NCBI GenBank assembly: GCA_029547745.1
Contig: JAKPOQ010000076.1
Span: 1,627 to 65,626, forward strand
DNA length: 64,000 bases
Reading direction: 5' to 3'
Source: Actinomycetes bacterium
GTDB lineage: Bacteria; Actinomycetota; Thermoleophilia; UBA2241
Each line of letters starts with the position of its first letter. The stretch's first letter is position 1. The translations under genes were made by a program, and so were the position numbers. Under the pieces are notes generated by a model. That model saw nothing but the letters and a program-made list of their open reading frames with translations, was not told the origin of the DNA and made no database searches. Positions 8,181 through 17,824 of this stretch are shown here, in pieces.

Positions 8181-10352
8181 ATGGGCGCCGTCAGCAATCC
8201 AGGCGAGAGTGGCGGTCACGTCGTCGTGAGGGCCGAAGTCAGGCGTAACCTCCTGCGTCCGTTAGGCGCGCGTGGGCGGCAGCAATCGTCGGGCCCCGTC
8301 TCTGACATGGTAGGAGCTGCGGCCGTCGCCTTGGCTCCTGACGAGCAGGTGGTCCTACTCGACGGCGACGGCGTCGTTCTGGCAGCGCCCAAGCACGGGC
8401 CGGCCGCGCAACTGGGTATCACCGTGGGTGCGGCACTGTGCGACGAGGTGGTCGGAGTGTCGCCTGTGCTTCAGAAGCTCCTCCTCGATGCGCATCACGA
8501 GGCAGCCTTCGTCGCTCGCGCCGCGATCAGAACGAAAGAGGGCGAAGGGCTGCTTCTGCGGTTACGGGCGCTTCCCGCAGAGGGTCACGGGCATCCGGTC
8601 GCAATCTCGGCCGAGGGCCGGTTCGACCCATGGGAGACGCCTGGCGAAGCGCTCCTCGGACTTCAGGACCATTTCGACATCGTCTCTCGCGTCATCGCCA
8701 TCACTTCGGGCGACTACACGCCCAAAGAGGCGACGGGCGAGATCCTCCGTACGATCAGCACGAGGTTGCGTATGGACGCAGCGGCGTTCTACTCGTTGCT
8801 CGATTATCCTTCGGCCAGGCTCGTCAGTGCGTTCGGCAGAACGAGACGGCGGGGGGTCCCTTACTCCGCGGTCGATTGTACCGACCCTCCAGTGGCGGCT
8901 CTGCTCGGCGGAGCCCCGGTCGTGATGATCCGCACGACCCGTACTGGACTGCCGGCCGCGTTGGCCGACGTGTGCACGCCCGACGCCATCGAGGTGTTCC
9001 TTCTCTCGGCACCCACGGCCGGTGGGATCAGCGGGTTCCTCGTCCTGAGTCGCGATGTCATTCAGCCGTTCGAAGCCTCTTCGCTGCACACCATGTGTCT
9101 TGCGGCGCGTCTGCTGGGACTCGTCACGGAACACGCTCAGCTCTCGTTGGAGTCCGAGCGCAGCTCTGTGATGCTCGAGACCGCCTACGCCGTCTCGCGA
9201 ACGATCTCGCGCAGTCTGGACCTCGAGCATACGTTCAAGGTGGTCGCGATGAACGCGACACGTCTGTTGCCGGGCATGCGCTGTGTGCTGTTCGAGACGA
9301 ACTCCGCGCCGGACGAGCTGGTCGCAGTGGCGGCGTCCCAGACCGCGGATGTCGACCTCAGGGGCCTGCGCCTGCGTCTCGACGGGCGCGCCGTGGAGCA
9401 GATGATGTCGTGCCGTCACTTCCAGGCCGAGTTGCTCGACATGATCTGGGGGGAGTCGATGCGACCTGAAGTGCGTCGTGCGGTCGAAGCGCGTACGGCG
9501 CTGGTCCTGCCCATGCTGGCCAACGAGGAGCTGATCGGAGCTCTCGTCCTTCTGTCGCCCAGACGGTTCCGGACGTTCTCCGATCGTGACCTGGAGCTGG
9601 CCGAGGAGCTCGCCGATCAGGCTGCCGCGGCCATCCACAACGCGCGGCTCTACAGCGACCTGGCAGCGAGCAGGCAGCATGTCCAGGCGCTTATCGGTCG
9701 GATGGCTCGCATTCGCGAGCACGAGCGACGCGAACTCGCAAGCATAGTCCACGACGACGTCATCCAGTCCGTGGCCGGGTCGGTGTACAAGCTTGAGGCC
9801 GTGCGTGACCAGCTGCCGACCGAGGCCCAGGAAGCTCTTTCCGATGCGATCACGGTGTTACAAGGGGCGGTGATGGAAGCCCGCAACGTGATCGCGGACC
9901 TGCGTCCGCCGGTTCTCGAGAACCTGGGGTTGTCGGTGGCGCTGCGCATGCTGGTCGACCGGATGGACACGCAGGGTCCTGCTCGCGTCGGTCTCGAGAT
10001 CAAGGATCTGCCCGATCTCGGGCCGGCAAAGGCTGCCTCTGTCTATCGCATCGTGCGCGAGGCGTTGGTGAACGCGCAGCGGCATGCGGATGCACGCCAC
10101 GTCTGGGTCGATCTGCGGTGCGCGAGTGACAGTGAGGGGGGTGTGTTACACGTGACGGTGCGCGATGACGGAAAGGGCCTGGAAGGTCAGACCGTCCGCG
10201 AGGGACACTATGGTGTGACGATGATGGAGGAGCAGGCGGCGCTCGTGGGAGGGAATCTGGATATCGTGTCACTCGACGGGCAGGGCCTCACCGTGCGCGC
10301 TGTCGTCCCGCTCGAGGAGGCGAGCGCGCTGACCGCAGAGGAAGGTAGGTGA
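8181..10352 (+). CDS. soluble sensor histidine kinase: N-terminal sensory region plus two GAF-like domains, HisKA_3 and HATPase_c
   Basis: H-box REHERRELASIVHDDVIQSV (HisKA_3 type). ATPase region REALVNAQRHA...VRDDGKGL...GVTMMEEQAALVGG. No predicted TM segment. Start uncertain: in-frame candidates at 8043, 8181 (ATG) and 8307 (ATG). Confidence 0.85.
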   Translation: MGAVSNPGESGGHVVVRAEVRRNLLRPLGARGRQQSSGPVSDMVGAAAVALAPDEQVVLLDGDGVVLAAPKHGPAAQLGITVGAALCDEVVGVSPVLQKLLLDAHHEAAFVARAAIRTKEGEGLLLRLRALPAEGHGHPVAISAEGRFDPWETPGEALLGLQDHFDIVSRVIAITSGDYTPKEATGEILRTISTRLRMDAAAFYSLLDYPSARLVSAFGRTRRRGVPYSAVDCTDPPVAALLGGAPVVMIRTTRTGLPAALADVCTPDAIEVFLLSAPTAGGISGFLVLSRDVIQPFEASSLHTMCLAARLLGLVTEHAQLSLESERSSVMLETAYAVSRTISRSLDLEHTFKVVAMNATRLLPGMRCVLFETNSAPDELVAVAASQTADVDLRGLRLRLDGRAVEQMMSCRHFQAELLDMIWGESMRPEVRRAVEARTALVLPMLANEELIGALVLLSPRRFRTFSDRDLELAEELADQAAAAIHNARLYSDLAASRQHVQALIGRMARIREHERRELASIVHDDVIQSVAGSVYKLEAVRDQLPTEAQEALSDAITVLQGAVMEARNVIADLRPPVLENLGLSVALRMLVDRMDTQGPARVGLEIKDLPDLGPAKAASVYRIVREALVNAQRHADARHVWVDLRCASDSEGGVLHVTVRDDGKGLEGQTVREGHYGVTMMEEQAALVGGNLDIVSLDGQGLTVRAVVPLEEASALTAEEGR

Positions 10353-10356
10353 GAGG

Positions 10357-10989
10357 GTGCCGCCTGTCCGTATTCTGATCGTCGACGATCATGCCGTCGT
10401 GCGCGAGGGTCTCTCGTCGATGCTGTCGCAGTACGTCGACTTCGAGGTCGTGGGCGAGGCCGCCTCTGGTGCCGATGCCGTCCGTCTTTCGGACGAGCTC
10501 AAGCCGGACTTGATGCTGCTCGATCTGCAGATGCCTGAGATGGACGGGCTCGAGGTGTTGAAACGCCTCGGGTCCAGCGGCCAAGAGAGCCCCCGCGTGG
10601 TCGTCCTCTCGATGCACGACGACGAGGAACTCGTGGCCAACGCCGTCCGCGCGGGCGCACACGGGTATGTGCTGAAGAGTGCGTCGCGAAACGATCTCGT
10701 CGCTGCCCTGCGCCACGTGGCTGCCGGCGGACAACGGTTCGACGAGGTCGTCGTGCGGGCTCTCCTCTCGGAGCAGCGAAAGGAGGATCACGCTGCCCTG
10801 CTCTCCGAACGGGAGGTCGAGATCCTCCGGCTGATCGCATCCGGTTGCAGTAACAAACAGGTCGCCGAGCGACTGTATATCAGCCTCAGCACAGTCAAGA
10901 CGCACCTCGACGACGTCTACCGCAAGCTGGGTGTCGCCGATCGCGCCCACGCGGTGGCCGTGGCGCTGCGTCTCGGGATCCTTGAATGA
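10357..10989 (+). CDS. NarL/LuxR-family response regulator
   Basis: VRILIVDDHAVVREGL...DLMLLDLQMPEMDG (receiver domain). LSEREVEILRLIASGCSNKQVAERLYISLSTVKTHL (LuxR helix-turn-helix). Confidence 0.92.
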   Translation: MPPVRILIVDDHAVVREGLSSMLSQYVDFEVVGEAASGADAVRLSDELKPDLMLLDLQMPEMDGLEVLKRLGSSGQESPRVVVLSMHDDEELVANAVRAGAHGYVLKSASRNDLVAALRHVAAGGQRFDEVVVRALLSEQRKEDHAALLSEREVEILRLIASGCSNKQVAERLYISLSTVKTHLDDVYRKLGVADRAHAVAVALRLGILE

Positions 10990-12593
10990 GCATCATGGCG
11001 GACGGGCGCGATCCCCTCGTCATCACGCTCAGACAGGAGTCCAGTGTGTCCCGTGAGTGGGGCGTTCTCGACACGCTCCTTTACAACCTGATGACCATGA
11101 ACTTCGCGGTGATGTTCACCGTGCCGTTCCTCGCCGCTGTAGCGCTGTACCCGCGCGGCGACCTGCCCGTGGCGATCCTCATTGCCGGTGTGCTCTGCTG
11201 TGCCGAGGCCGTCGTCTACGCTTTTCTCGCGTCCTCCGTGCCGAGGAGCGGCGGCGATTATTTCCTGCAGAAGCGCCTGGTGTCGCAGGCGATCGGGAAG
11301 GTGTTCGCCTTCACCGGCGTCGTGCTTGGCGGGGCGCTGTGGATGGCTATCGCGGGATGGTTCGCCGCCAATGTGGCCGTGGGCCCCCTCCTGACGGTCG
11401 TCGGGCGCCTCACGGGCCACGACGCCTTCCTCTCCTGCGCGGCCCTCGTTCGGTCGAGTCACGGTGTGTTCCTCCTGTCGCTGACGGTGGTCATATGGTC
11501 GGCGACTGTCAACATATGGGGGCTGCGCACCTATGCCATTCTGCAGCGGATCTCTTGGGCTGTAGGCGCAGGCGCACTCATCTTCCTCGCACTCCTTGTG
11601 GCACTGCTCGGCGCAGACAGGGTCGGGAGCGCCGATCTCTACACGGAGGCGCTGATGCGGGCGCGGGCGTTGGGTTTCGACCCCGGCGCGGGCTCCGGCG
11701 CCGCCATGGGCACCATGGCCCTGGTACCTGTCGCCGCCTTCTCGCTCATCTATCCGGCCTGGAGCGTGCAGCAGGTGGGAGAGGTCCGTCGGGCGAGCAG
11801 GCTACGCTCGCAGCTCGTGACCATGGTCCTGGCTGAAGCGCTCACGGCCGTGTTCTCGGCGGTCGTCGTGGCCCTCGTCCTTGCCAACGTCGATCGCGAC
11901 GGCCTGGCCGCTGGGGCATATCTCTTCCTCTTCGAGCGTTCCGCGATGCCTGATCCGAACGTGCCGTTCTACTGGTTCTTCGACGGCAGTCTCTGGCCGA
12001 GCGGCAGTGCAGTCCTGGCTCTCGCTGTCCTCTTCAACGCGTGGTTCTGGATGTGGGTCCCCGACATCACGCTGGCTGCCTCGCGCGTCATGCTCGCCAT
12101 GTCCTCCGACAGGTCACTGCCGGCTTGGCTCGGTGACCCTTGGGGTCGTCACAGGGCGCCGGCGAAGGCGATCGCCCTCTTCAGCGCCGTCTGCGTCGTG
12201 CCGGCGGCCCTCTATGCTTATACGCCGCTGTGGCGGCTCACGCTGTCGGTAACGCTGCTCAACGTACTGGCGTTTGCCGTGACATGTGCCGGTGGTGCCT
12301 GCGCGCCCTACACCAACAGGGAGTTCTACCGCGAGAGCACGGCCGCCCGTTTCGAGATCCTGAAGGTGCCGCTCATCACGTGGTGCGGCGGTGGGTTCTG
12401 TCTCTTCGCGGCGTTTCTCGTGTGGCGCTTCGCCGTCGACGCTGGTCTGGCGCTGGGTGCACCCCGATGGGCGCTGTTCGCTTTCGTCGCCGTCACTTAC
12501 GTGACCGCCTACCTCGTGCAAGTGCTCGTCACACGATTCGGTGGCTACCGCAAGGGACGGGGCGCCGAGGTCATCTACCGTCTGACTGACTGA
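10986..12593 (+). CDS. APC-superfamily permease (amino acid/polyamine/organocation type)
   Basis: About 12 hydrophobic segments and the SVPRSGGDYFL motif region typical of APC carriers. ATG overlaps the regulator stop (ATGA). Confidence 0.75.
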   Translation: MSIMADGRDPLVITLRQESSVSREWGVLDTLLYNLMTMNFAVMFTVPFLAAVALYPRGDLPVAILIAGVLCCAEAVVYAFLASSVPRSGGDYFLQKRLVSQAIGKVFAFTGVVLGGALWMAIAGWFAANVAVGPLLTVVGRLTGHDAFLSCAALVRSSHGVFLLSLTVVIWSATVNIWGLRTYAILQRISWAVGAGALIFLALLVALLGADRVGSADLYTEALMRARALGFDPGAGSGAAMGTMALVPVAAFSLIYPAWSVQQVGEVRRASRLRSQLVTMVLAEALTAVFSAVVVALVLANVDRDGLAAGAYLFLFERSAMPDPNVPFYWFFDGSLWPSGSAVLALAVLFNAWFWMWVPDITLAASRVMLAMSSDRSLPAWLGDPWGRHRAPAKAIALFSAVCVVPAALYAYTPLWRLTLSVTLLNVLAFAVTCAGGACAPYTNREFYRESTAARFEILKVPLITWCGGGFCLFAAFLVWRFAVDAGLALGAPRWALFAFVAVTYVTAYLVQVLVTRFGGYRKGRGAEVIYRLTD

Positions 12594-12643
12594 TCGCTCG
12601 CTACGGCGCAGCGACAGCAGCGCCAGTCACCAGTTCTCTGCCC

Positions 12644-12680
12644 GGCGAGCCGACCGGTCTACCGGCGGCTCGGCCGTTTG
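12644..12680 (+). terminator. hairpin followed by GTTTG, candidate intrinsic terminator after the permease gene
   Basis: ggcgagccgaccgg-tcta-ccggcggctcggcc followed by gtttg. Confidence 0.45.
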
Positions 12681-12844
12681 CGGTGGCGGTCAGCCATGAG
12701 GCTGGTCGCGTTCCATACCATGGCACCCTTACTGATGGCCTTATGACCGTGTCGCCTCGGGGTGGAGAGGCCTATCGTCATGCGGCATTCAGCGCTCGTG
12801 TGCAAGGGGCTTTCGGCTCCACGTGGCAAGGGGGGTGGAATCTC

Positions 12845-13066
12845 GTGAACGTCGAGTCACGATTCAGCGTGGACATTGCACGGCACCTGGAATCCGACAG
12901 CGACTTCGAGCGTGACCTGTACACCGAGGTCGTTCGCCGTGTCAGCTACGGCCGCCGCGCAGGGTCCGTCGTCAAGACGACCAAGTGGTACGACTGGCTC
13001 GCCCCCGCGATATCCGCCGCGACCATCGTCACTGTGTACTACTTGTACATCTTCCCACGATTCTAG
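12845..13066 (+). CDS. hypothetical small tail-anchored membrane protein (about 73 aa)
   Basis: GTG at 12845 preceded by GGGGGTGG. GC-rich third positions. Single C-terminal TM segment WYDWLAPAISAATIVTVYYLYIFPRF. The ORF-track version starts at 12683, immediately after the putative terminator. No family recognised. Confidence 0.4.
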   Translation: MNVESRFSVDIARHLESDSDFERDLYTEVVRRVSYGRRAGSVVKTTKWYDWLAPAISAATIVTVYYLYIFPRF

Positions 13067-13118
13067 AAGGGGGGTCTCATGGTCAGGGGGGGCTTCATGA
13101 GCGGAACGAGGGTGCCCG

Positions 13119-14705
13119 ATGGGCGACCCTGGTAACAGTTCCGGAGTACAGCAGGAGGCGGCGTTCGGCTTCATGCCGACGTTGAAGAAGGACCGTATCT
13201 TCGGATGGCTCGATTTCACGCTCGTCCAGGCAGGGTTTGGTATCGCTGCCTGGTGTTTCCTGGTCGGCGGTCTCACCGGCGTCACGGTGCAGGGAAAGTA
13301 CGCGATTTGGGTGATCCTGCTCGGGAACGCCGTCCCCGTGCTCATGTGTCTGCCCTTCGCTTTGCAGACGGCTCGTCTCGGTGTCGACACCTTCATCGCC
13401 AGCAACATGGCGCTGGGCTATCGCTTCTCACAGGTCTTCTTCGTCATCTTCGTGACCTTGAACCTGGGATGGATAGCGATCGCCAACTTCATGCTCGGGC
13501 AGGCTGCTGCCAAGCTCGCTGGTGTCGCCGGCATGCCGGAATTCCTGACGACAAGAACTCTGGGCGCGCCGATCTGGTCGATCCTCTTCATGTTCGTCGC
13601 CTTGTACATCACTTATCTGGGGCCGGGGGTGATCAAGAACATCGCCCGTGTCGGCGTGCCATGCATCATCGCGATCCTGGCGCTTCTCATCGGCATCGTA
13701 GTCTTCAAGTACGGGTTCGACACCGTGTGGGAATCCAGGCCGTCGGCTCCTTACACGACAGGCGATGGATCCATCGACTTCGGGCGCTCCGTGGTGACGG
13801 CGTTGGAATGGAACGTCGGGCTCGGGTTCTCATGGTTGGTGTACCTGGGGCAATGGTGTCGACTGGCGCGCAGTGAAGGGGCGGCGATCAATGGCTCTTA
13901 CCTTGGTCTGGGGCTGCTTCTCAACATCGCGGCGATCTTCGGCGCCTTCATCGCCCTCATTCTGGGAGACCTGAACCCGCCGAACTGGATGCTCCCGGCC
14001 GGCGGTCGCGTGGTGGGTGTCCTGGGGCTCGGACTCCTGGTGCTCGCCAACCTGTATGCGAGCTCGTATCTCATGTACGCACAGGCGCTCAGCATGAAGA
14101 CGCTGTCTCCGCGCATGAACTGGCGCACTTGCGTGCTGACATGTGTGCCCGCCGTCTTCCTCGTCGTGACCCCCGGGTTCTACGACAGCTATCAGCGTTT
14201 CCTCGTCATGATCGCCTATGTCATCGCGGTGTTCGGCGGGATCCTGGTCTCCGACTGGCTCTTCGTCCATCGCAGGAGGGGAGAGCTGGGGGCTCTCTAC
14301 GATCGCGAGAATCCGCAGTACCGGTACCTACGCGGATGGAACCCTGCCGCCATCGTGACGTTCGTCGCCGCGACGGCGTTCTACTGGTTCATGTACAACC
14401 CCGTCTCCGACACGCCGGGTCCACTCATGGTCCGGCTCGGCCTCGGGGCGGGCATCCCTTCGTTCCTGTTCGCGGCCGTTCTGTACACGACGCTGGCGAA
14501 GACCGCGTTCCGCCGCCTGTACGCGGCGGACCAGGAATGGCAGGCGCTGCGCGACCGCGGCCAGATCGCCGTCATGGTCCCCGACCAGATCGCCGTCGAC
14601 CTGTCCGGGGTATGCGCCGAGGACTGGCAGGACAGCGAGGATGACGGGTGTCCGGAAGGGCTGTGCACGCTCGAGGCTCTCGATGATCAGATGCCGGCCG
14701 GGTGA
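13119..14705 (+). CDS. NCS1-family (nucleobase/hydantoin/allantoin/vitamin:cation symporter-1 type) permease
   Basis: N-terminus KKDRIFGWLDFTLVQAGFGIAAWCFLVGGLTG and 12 hydrophobic segments, as in CodB/Mhp1-like carriers. Unusual about 65-aa acidic, Cys-containing C-terminal tail. Confidence 0.75.
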   Translation: MGDPGNSSGVQQEAAFGFMPTLKKDRIFGWLDFTLVQAGFGIAAWCFLVGGLTGVTVQGKYAIWVILLGNAVPVLMCLPFALQTARLGVDTFIASNMALGYRFSQVFFVIFVTLNLGWIAIANFMLGQAAAKLAGVAGMPEFLTTRTLGAPIWSILFMFVALYITYLGPGVIKNIARVGVPCIIAILALLIGIVVFKYGFDTVWESRPSAPYTTGDGSIDFGRSVVTALEWNVGLGFSWLVYLGQWCRLARSEGAAINGSYLGLGLLLNIAAIFGAFIALILGDLNPPNWMLPAGGRVVGVLGLGLLVLANLYASSYLMYAQALSMKTLSPRMNWRTCVLTCVPAVFLVVTPGFYDSYQRFLVMIAYVIAVFGGILVSDWLFVHRRRGELGALYDRENPQYRYLRGWNPAAIVTFVAATAFYWFMYNPVSDTPGPLMVRLGLGAGIPSFLFAAVLYTTLAKTAFRRLYAADQEWQALRDRGQIAVMVPDQIAVDLSGVCAEDWQDSEDDGCPEGLCTLEALDDQMPAG

Positions 14706-14762
14706 CAGCAGGTCGACAGACGATGCCGTGTGTCATCAGAAGCGAAAGGAGTCGATGAGTCC

Positions 14763-16289
14763 ATGACAGCTGCAACATCAACCTACGGCGCGGTCACCGA
14801 CGAGGTCGTCGCCGAGCTCAAGAGGCTGCTGGGCGACGAGAACGTCCTGACCGACATGCATGAGCGGGCGATGCGTGCCTTCAGCTGTGCCCCGGCGCCG
14901 CTCCATCGTTGGAAGGACCAAACGCCCGATGTCGTCGTGCTGCCGGGCAGCACCGAGGACGTCGTGGGCGTCCTCAAGCTCGCCAACGAGAGGCGTATCC
15001 CGGTGACGCCCCGCGCAGGCGCCTCCGGCCTTGCCGATGGCGCCATGCCGCTGCGCAAGGGCATCTGTGTCGACATCAAGCGCATGAACGAGATCTTCGA
15101 GATCGACGAAGACAACATGTGCGCCACCGTCGGCACCGGGATCAACATGCTCAAGCTGAACGAAGTGCTCGAGCCGCTCGGCAAGATATACCCGGACGAC
15201 CTTGCCGGGTACGCGAACGCCATGCTCGGCGGGCGGATCGGCTGCGGAGGCTGGACGCTCATCGGCGGAAAGTTCGGGCACATCCCCGACACGGTGATAA
15301 GCATGGAGTGCGTGCTCCCCGACGGCCAGGTGATCTGGGTCGGCGGCGGCGGCACCAAGAAGATCCGCAAGAGTTCCTCGGGCTACCGACTCAAGGACCT
15401 CTTCATGCAGCACCAAGGCACACTGTGCATCGCCACCAAGGCGGTCATCGAACTCTACCCCAAGTCTGAGGTGGAGTTCGCCGGCTACTTCGCGTTCGAC
15501 AACTGGGACGATGCCTACGCCGCTCTCTACGACGTCACTACGAGAGGGTTCGGCAACCTGTCGTCGGCGATGATCTTCGACGACAAGAAGATCGACTTCC
15601 TGCGCCGTGATGACGAGGCCTTCATCCCGTTGCCCAAGGAGGTGAAGTTCGTCGACCTCTTCACGATGTACGGTCTCAAGTGCGAGGTCGAGCCGGCCGT
15701 GAGGGAAGGCTTCCGAATCATGAAGAAGCACGGCGGCCGTTACCTCGGTCCCGAGCAGGGAGAAGGCGACTGGGCGTCACGGCACGACCGATACCATCTC
15801 TCGTACCACGGACGCACACCCGACGGCCAGGCGACGCTCATGTCGTGGCACTGCGAGGACACGGCCGCCTATCACACGGCGCTGCCCATCCTCCGCGAGC
15901 AGTACCACGAGATCGTCGGCCGCTACATGACAGAGTACCCGGGCGTGTTCGACGACTGGGGGATCTTCATCTATACGAGCAACCCGTTCAAGGGTTGGGG
16001 CGACTACCTGATCGAGATTGACGTCGGTATCGCCGAGTTGCAGTACAACGATGAGACTTGGGACGCCTGGATCCGCATGAAGCGCGAGATCGCTGAGGCA
16101 GCGGTGGCCCAGGAGTGCTCGGTCTCGATCTGCCACGGGTCGTGCCGCGAGGGCGACGACGACGTCGCCATGCACAAGGAGATGAAGAACGGCACGTTCG
16201 ACATCATGAAGAAGATCAAGAGGATGATCGACCCGAACAACATCATGAACCCCGGTAAGTACTGCCTTGACGAAGCCTACGACGACTGA
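14763..16289 (+). CDS. FAD-linked oxidase/dehydrogenase, GlcD / D-2-hydroxyacid dehydrogenase-like
   Basis: FAD_binding_4-type VVLPGSTEDVVGVLKLANERRIPVTPRAGASGLADGAMP. C-terminal MKKIKRMIDPNNIMNPGK typical of FAD-oxidase_C. GAAAGGAG Shine-Dalgarno upstream of the ATG at 14763. Confidence 0.85.
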   Translation: MTAATSTYGAVTDEVVAELKRLLGDENVLTDMHERAMRAFSCAPAPLHRWKDQTPDVVVLPGSTEDVVGVLKLANERRIPVTPRAGASGLADGAMPLRKGICVDIKRMNEIFEIDEDNMCATVGTGINMLKLNEVLEPLGKIYPDDLAGYANAMLGGRIGCGGWTLIGGKFGHIPDTVISMECVLPDGQVIWVGGGGTKKIRKSSSGYRLKDLFMQHQGTLCIATKAVIELYPKSEVEFAGYFAFDNWDDAYAALYDVTTRGFGNLSSAMIFDDKKIDFLRRDDEAFIPLPKEVKFVDLFTMYGLKCEVEPAVREGFRIMKKHGGRYLGPEQGEGDWASRHDRYHLSYHGRTPDGQATLMSWHCEDTAAYHTALPILREQYHEIVGRYMTEYPGVFDDWGIFIYTSNPFKGWGDYLIEIDVGIAELQYNDETWDAWIRMKREIAEAAVAQECSVSICHGSCREGDDDVAMHKEMKNGTFDIMKKIKRMIDPNNIMNPGKYCLDEAYDD

Positions 16290-16329
16290 ACAGCGTTCGG
16301 CTCGGAAGTAGAAAGGAAGGTCCTGACCT

Positions 16330-17571
16330 ATGCCATATCAACTCAGCAAGAAGGACTTCTACGCTGAGCCCCTGTCGAAGGCCAAGCCCATCGACGAGGA
16401 GTTCGTCAAAGAGGCGTACCTGGTCTTTGCTTGCCGGCACAAGTTCTGTCGCGACATCTGCCCGAACTTCGACATCACCCGTAACGAGGCTCATTCCTCA
16501 TACGGCTTCCACACATCGATCCTCGCAGTCAGCCGCGGCGTCGGCCAACTTGACGAGCTCATCGACAACTTCACCTACTGCCTTGAGTGTGGCGCCTGTG
16601 AACTGCGTTGCCCGAACACCTGCATGGGCGGCGACTTTTATCGGCGTTCAACGACGACCGTCGACCTTGTACGCAAGATCCGTCGCGACCACATGGCTGA
16701 CGGCGGTGAGATCAAGAACTGGAGTGCCGTCAAGGAGTATCTTGACGAGCACCGCGGCTTCGTCGCTACACAGGGTGATCTGGTCACTAAGTGGGCTGAG
16801 GGCATCAAAGTGGCCGGAGACCTGAAGACGGCGCTCTTCGTCGACTTCTTCACGGCCACCCAGGGCACCGAGGTGCCTCGCCTGGCCGCTCAGGTACTTA
16901 ACAAGCTCGGCGTCAAGTACGGCATCTACACGACGCCCGGGGTCACCGCCCCGGAGCTTCTCAGCGAGAACGACGACGAGTGGAAGAAGTACGCCGGCGA
17001 GAACGTCGCGAACTTCAAGAAGCTCGGCGTCCAGACGCTGGTCGTCATGAACCCCCACGATTACGCGCTGCTCATCCGTGAGTACCCGAAGTGGTTCGAC
17101 ATGGACGGCATCGAGACGGTCTTCATCACCGACTTCATCCTCAAGAAGATGAAGGAGAAGGGCGTGACGCCGCCCAAGGCCATCGAGGGCAAGTTCGCCT
17201 ACCACGACCCGTGCACGTTGAACACGCTGGTCGTCGAGGCAGAATCGCCGCGCGACTTGGTGGGCATGGTGCCTGGCGCCGAGATCGTCGACGTGCCGCC
17301 GGGCAACCAGTGGCGCTACTGCTGTGGCAACGGCAACGGCCCGTATCGAAAGCTCCACGAGGACATCGCCTACCGCATCGGCCAGAAGCGCCTGCGTGCG
17401 GCCGCCGACTTGGGCGTCGACACGATCCTTGTCGCCTGCCCGCACTGCAAGGACCAGTTCACCGATGTCAAGCAGAAGGCTGGTCTGCCGGTGGAGCCGG
17501 TGCACGTGATCGAGCTGGTCGCAAAGGCCATGGGTATCGAGTGGGAGACCACCTCGCCGACCATTGGTTGA
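16330..17571 (+). CDS. Fe-S oxidoreductase, GlcF/GlpC/HdrD-like (2x[4Fe-4S] motif plus CCG domains)
   Basis: CRHKFCRDICP and CLECGACELRCP ferredoxin motifs. Second CCG domain intact (HDPCTL...YCCGNGNG...ACPHCKDQF). First CCG-domain position has lost all Cys (FVDFFTA...TTPGVTAPE...MNPHDY). Confidence 0.8.
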   Translation: MPYQLSKKDFYAEPLSKAKPIDEEFVKEAYLVFACRHKFCRDICPNFDITRNEAHSSYGFHTSILAVSRGVGQLDELIDNFTYCLECGACELRCPNTCMGGDFYRRSTTTVDLVRKIRRDHMADGGEIKNWSAVKEYLDEHRGFVATQGDLVTKWAEGIKVAGDLKTALFVDFFTATQGTEVPRLAAQVLNKLGVKYGIYTTPGVTAPELLSENDDEWKKYAGENVANFKKLGVQTLVVMNPHDYALLIREYPKWFDMDGIETVFITDFILKKMKEKGVTPPKAIEGKFAYHDPCTLNTLVVEAESPRDLVGMVPGAEIVDVPPGNQWRYCCGNGNGPYRKLHEDIAYRIGQKRLRAAADLGVDTILVACPHCKDQFTDVKQKAGLPVEPVHVIELVAKAMGIEWETTSPTIG

Positions 17572-17599
17572 CCTCAGGGGGTCAGAGAGGAGCGTCAGC

Positions 17600-17803
17600 A
17601 TGGCTGAAGAGATCATCTACAAGTACGGGCACATCGAGATCCTGCCCACACGGATGCAGGAGTACATCAAGCAGCAGGAGATGAACGAGGCCGAGCGCGA
17701 GCGCATCGTGAAGGCCCGGAACATCCATCTCGACTGGTACCACCGGCACTTCGCGTACGAGGTCCTCAAGCCACCTGCCGAAGAATGGGAGCCCAAGGCG
17801 TGA
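17600..17803 (+). CDS. hypothetical 67-aa soluble protein (no family recognised)
   Basis: ATG at 17600 preceded by GAGAGGAG. Sequence MAEEIIYKYGHIEILPTRMQEYIKQQEMNEAERERIVKARNIHLDWYHRHFAYEVLKPPAEEWEPKA. Followed directly by a perfect hairpin. Confidence 0.5.
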   Translation: MAEEIIYKYGHIEILPTRMQEYIKQQEMNEAERERIVKARNIHLDWYHRHFAYEVLKPPAEEWEPKA

Positions 17804-17824
17804 GGTAGGCCGGATCCGGCACCC

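Noticed and set aside
12683-12844. The longer 127-aa version of the small ORF upstream of the NCS1 gene
   Set aside because: It would begin 3 nt after the putative terminator hairpin without a Shine-Dalgarno, and the N-terminal 54 residues look non-protein-like. The GTG at 12845 with a GGGGGTGG Shine-Dalgarno is more plausible. Even that shorter version remains low confidence.
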